Below the pieces are notes generated by a model. The model did not search any database, had not been told where the DNA came from, and saw only the letters and a list, made by a program, of their open reading frames with translations. Below are positions 58,330-62,036 of a DNA stretch of 62,036 nucleotides, piece by piece. Origin of the DNA: Fonticula alba ATCC 38817. Taxonomy: Eukaryota > Protista > Nucleariida. How positions within the stretch are numbered: the stretch's first letter is position 1; each line of letters opens with the position of its first letter. Location of the stretch: the NCBI GenBank assembly GCA_000388065.2, contig KB932201.1. One strand, written 5' to 3'. The position numbers and the translations under genes were made by a program.

Positions 58330-59886
58330 TGTAACGGTGGCCCGTGTAGTGGCGGAGTAGGCGAAGTAGGCGAAGTAGGCGAAGTAGGCGAAGTAGGCGA
58401 AGTAGGCGAAGCAGGCGAAGTGGGTAGAGGCACTGGACGCTGGTGGGAGCTCTCAGGCACTCGACGGGGGAGCGAATGGAGTACAGGGCATGCAGGTAGA
58501 GAGGGAGGGAGGATTGTCTGGGGGAATGGCTGCATGCTCTGGCTGTGGCCCGGGGTGAGGGCCTTTTATAGCCTCGGGCCTCCGAGCTGGGCGACATGGA
58601 TACTCGGCCGCCGGGCACGATCGACCGGATGGCCCTCGCCATCTGACGCCCATGGACCCAGAGTAGCCGGGGAGGTGGCGGGCAGATCGCCCTCCGGGTA
58701 GGCCATGAACGGCCGGCGATCCAGCCCGAGATCTTCGGCAGAGAGGCGTGCGAGAGGCGAAAGATGCTCTCATGGGGCTAGGCAGGGAGCCATGTCACCC
58801 GTCCTGCCGCAGCCCCCTCCCGCCCCAATCGCAGACACTGGGCCGGTCCCATTGGCTAGCCCTTTCGGCAAGCGGGAGTCAGGCCCCGGGAGGGCAGGCG
58901 GGGGCACACAGCCAATGGGGCTCGGCACCGATGGAAATGGAGACCCGGCCACCCGGGCGCCATGTGCCGCGTGGCATAGCTCAACCCCAAGCGCCCCGGA
59001 ACTCGGCACATGGGTGATGGCGCCATCGGGAGGAAAAGAGCGGAGGGGCAACAGGCATATCCGCCTCTCCAGGCGCAACTGCCTCGCACACACACGCACA
59101 CGCGTACACACGCGCACACACGTACACACGCACACACGTACACATACACATCCACGGACCCAACAGACATGCTGGCCACACGGACGGAAGCACACCCTCC
59201 ACCGGAGGAGTACAGGCCATCGAAATGGGGGGCTACAGGGCGCGGGGTGGCAACCGCTGCGGAGTTTCCGGGAAGGGGGCAAGGGGACGACGGCACAAAC
59301 AGCGTGCACTGGATGATGAAAGCACCGTCGCGCGCGCTCACACCCCGGCCAGCCTTTGCTCGGGCTCCGGTGCCCGGCTCTCGATTCCGGTGGATCGCTC
59401 GCATGCCGGCCCGATCAGCATCCTCCGGCTCACGGCCCACCTCTCGGTGGGAGAATCGCAACGCGGGGCCAGGAGGGGGGCGCGGCCGGCCTTCGGCTCC
59501 GACAAACACAGCCAGCCAACCAATGGAATAGCTCCACCCACGGAGCGGCGAATCTGGATCGTTCTAGTGTTCATGCGTAAAATGATATATCCCACAGGAC
59601 CAATCATCGAGCGACAAATACGCACTCGCGCCTTTCTCCCAAGTCTCTAATCCCTCGCCACCACCGAGACCTTCGGCTGGCGCACAGTGATTGGTTGGAC
59701 CGGAAATTGCTTTTCCGACACCCGAGCCCCTGACTCAGACGAGAAGCGCTCCTGCCGCGCCGCCACATGATGGCAGTGTGATTCGGTGCTGCGTGTGAAT
59801 CACGTGCATGGAATACGTTTGTAGTGGAATCCCCATGTAAACGATAGATGAAGCAACACGTGAGTCCAATTGCCACACGTGTTACA
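58330..59886 (+). mobile_element. Candidate LTR (solo or 3' LTR) of ~1.56 kb with TGTAAC...GTTACA termini
   Basis: Terminal 6-bp inverted repeat TGTAAC/GTTACA, purine-rich GGAACAGGAGGCGG immediately 5' (PPT-like), and an internal 9-bp tandem array. No host-style gene is inside, and N-gaps lie nearby on both sides. No TSD, PBS or RT/integrase is seen. Confidence 0.3.
58357..58419 (+). repeat. Tandem array (GTAGGCGAA)x6 plus one GCAGGCGAA
   Basis: Directly visible contiguous 9-bp units with no spacers. Confidence 0.95.
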
Positions 59887-60534
59887 TCGTGGGAATGATA
59901 GCATCCCAGAACAGNNNNNNNNNNNNNNNNNNNNNNNNNNNNNNNNNNNNNNNNNNNNNNNNNNNNNNNNNNNNNNNNNNNNNNNNNNNNNNNNNNNNNN
60001 NNNNNNNNNNNNNNNNNNNNNNNNNNNNNNNNNNNNNNNNNNNNNNNNNNNNNNNNNNNNNNNNNNNNNNNNNNTCGCTTGCCACTAACTCGTCTCAAGC
60101 CGAGTTACTGACTCATCTGGTAACAGACGACCGTGAACCGCTGGTTGGTATGTCCCCTCCTTCATGCCAGAGGTTACTAACCGGGTGGCAGATCACACTG
60201 GTACCCTTCGTCAAGCCTCACTCACTTGACTTAGGCTTAACCCGTGTGAACCCTGCTACAACGTTTCGCGCGCCGCAGCTGCAGCTCCATCCAGGGGTGC
60301 TCGCCGATGGGGTCGGGGCTAGCTCCCGCCGCCTCCCCCGCCTCGTTGCCTTCCCGAAGATGGGCCCATACGCCACCTCGGGCGCCACTTGCACGTAGCA
60401 AAAAATAAGCGCCCCTCCCCCCCGCGGCACGCACTCCGGCCGATATTTAGGGTAGGATTTTTTTCGGCAGAGCATCCGCCTTCGAGACCTCAGGCTGAAG
60501 CGCGCCTTGCGAGGGCCGCTCCCCAAACAACCAA

Positions 60535-61050
60535 GCGCCGAAGGGCCAGGGGGGGGGGGCCGGGCGGGTTGGCCGGGAACGCCGATCATCCTGTCCCCTT
60601 CCTGGGGCTCGGCCGTCCCGGTGGAATCGCAAATGGTGTCCCNNNNNNNNNNNNNNNNNNNNNNNNNNNNNNNNNNNNNNNNNNNNNNNNNNNNNNNNNN
60701 NNNNNNNNNNNNNNNNNNNNNNNNNNNNNNNNNNNNNNNNNNNNNNNNNNNNNNNNNNNNNNNNNNNNNNNNNNNNNNNNNNNNNNNNNNNNNNNNNNNN
60801 NNNNNNNNNNNNNNNNNNNNNNNNNNNNNNNNNNNNNNNNNNNNNNNNNNNNNNNNNNNNNNNNNNNNNNNNNNNNNNNNNNNNNNNNNNNNNNNNNNNN
60901 NNNNNNNNNNNNNNNNNNNNNNNNNNNNNNNNNNNNNNNNNNNNNNNNNNNNNNNNNNNNNNNNNNNNNNNNNNNNNNNNNNNNNNNNNNNNNNNNNNNN
61001 NNNNNNNNNNNNNNCCGAAGACGGTCGGGAGAAAAATTCCCCCCCCCCCC
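60535..61050. repeat. Dispersed repeat, copy C (interrupted by a 372-N gap)
   Basis: 60535-60642 matches copies A and B. After the gap, CCGAAGACGGTCGGGAGAAAAATTCCCC (61015 onward) matches about 52252-52290, downstream of copy A at a similar spacing. Confidence 0.85.
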
Positions 61051-61331
61051 CCCCGGCGACAAACACCCCTCCCCCATTCGGTCGCTTCCCCCTGCCTCCC
61101 GTGGAGAGGGGGCGGGGGAGGGGGGGGGGCGCAGGAGGAATGTAGAGCCGGGTGGGCTTGGGCATGTGTGCGCCCCCCGCTTTCGGGTATTTGCGCGGCC
61201 GCGGCGCCCCGGTCCCCACCTCCGTCGTCCGCACGCACCCTAGCTGGCTGGCGCGACACATTACCTACCTCCCGCGAGGAGGAGGAGTGCCCCATTCCCG
61301 GGGAGGCAGCTCCCCCTGACTCCTCGCGCGC

Positions 61332-61363
<32 letters not shown>

Positions 61364-62036
61364 CCGTATGAGCCGGGAGCTGAGAGCCCCCACCGGGGGT
61401 TGCCGCACACGCCTCCCGCCCTCCTGCCGAGGGGCCTAAGATGCTGACTGGCCTCGCGCCGGGCGGCTGATATCACCCGGGACAATGGTGTGTCCCTCCC
61501 TCCCTCGGGCGTGCGGGTTTCACTGAGCCCCCCCGGTTCTCCCCCCATGCGGAGGGAAAGAGCTTCGTACGGGTGTGTGTGTGTGTGTGTGGGTGTGTGG
61601 TTGAAAGGGGCCCCAAGGGGGGATCCCCGGGACAGCGAGGGGCCCACCCCTGCAGCTGCTGCCACCCGGGCGCGCAAGTGACGCTCAGCCCCCCCCCCGG
61701 ACCCATGAGCCGGGGCTCGGTCCGGGCTCCTCTGCCCCCCGCCCGGCGTGTTGGGGGCTCGTGCCGTGGGGCCGGGGCCGGCCACTCAGGGGGGGCAACG
61801 GCTCGGCCGGCCGCCTCTCTCCCCGCCGAGCAAGGCCCATACCCCCCCTCCTAGCCATATGTTGCCCCCCCCCCCCCCTCCCCCCGCCCCCGGTCTTGGC
61901 CCTGTTCTCCTCATCTCCGGTCATTGAATGTGCTGCTTTGCAGGTGACTCAGCAACATGCATGTTTTCTCCGCTCTGTGCACCTCCGGGCCTGGCCGCCG
62001 CCCAAGGGCCCGCTCGAAGCCCCGCCAGTGGGGAGG

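Noticed and set aside
58357-58419. Possible CRISPR-like array
   Set aside because: Contiguous 9-bp units with no spacers, in a eukaryotic context; a simple minisatellite.
59520-59538. ERSE-like CCAAT-N9-CCACC upstream of BiP
   Set aside because: One mismatch to CCACG, about 2.7 kb from BiP across a gap, and ATF6/ERSE regulation is not established for this lineage.
61300-62036. Possible start of another gene at the window end
   Set aside because: Acceptor-like signals are present, but no recognisable coding sequence lies within the window.

Overview
GC-rich, intron-rich unicellular eukaryote DNA with many poly-C/G, (GT)n/(CT)n tracts and N-gaps. Composition and gene content resemble the nucleariid/cellular slime mould Fonticula alba; this is an inference. 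I can reconstruct about 15 spliced protein-coding genes by hand: AP-4 beta adaptin (3'-truncated by the window edge), a LIN9 (DREAM/MuvB) homolog, a GDA1/CD39 NTPDase, a WDR53-like WD40 protein, a ~1120-aa orphan helical protein, an RNase H2 subunit C-like protein, a DDX3/Ded1/Vasa-clade DEAD-box helicase, RRP15, EAF, TRM112, NFX1, a pNO40-like S1 protein, ISWI, an orphan membrane protein, p24delta and BiP. The most novel-looking signal is an N-terminal SAM-like domain fused to the DDX3/Vasa-type helicase; it is visible only after splicing a 7-nt first exon. Also notable are the LIN9 with a long C-terminal extension, the altered RING and R3H motifs in NFX1, BiP ending in HTEL, and a GTNCGY 5' splice-site consensus. 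The 51.8-61.1 kb part holds a 3-copy dispersed repeat and an LTR-like candidate. Two assembly problems are visible: Illumina adapters with false duplications at 41.6-42.3 kb, and scrambled ISWI exons at 44.3-46.8 kb. Family calls come from motif recognition, not database searches.
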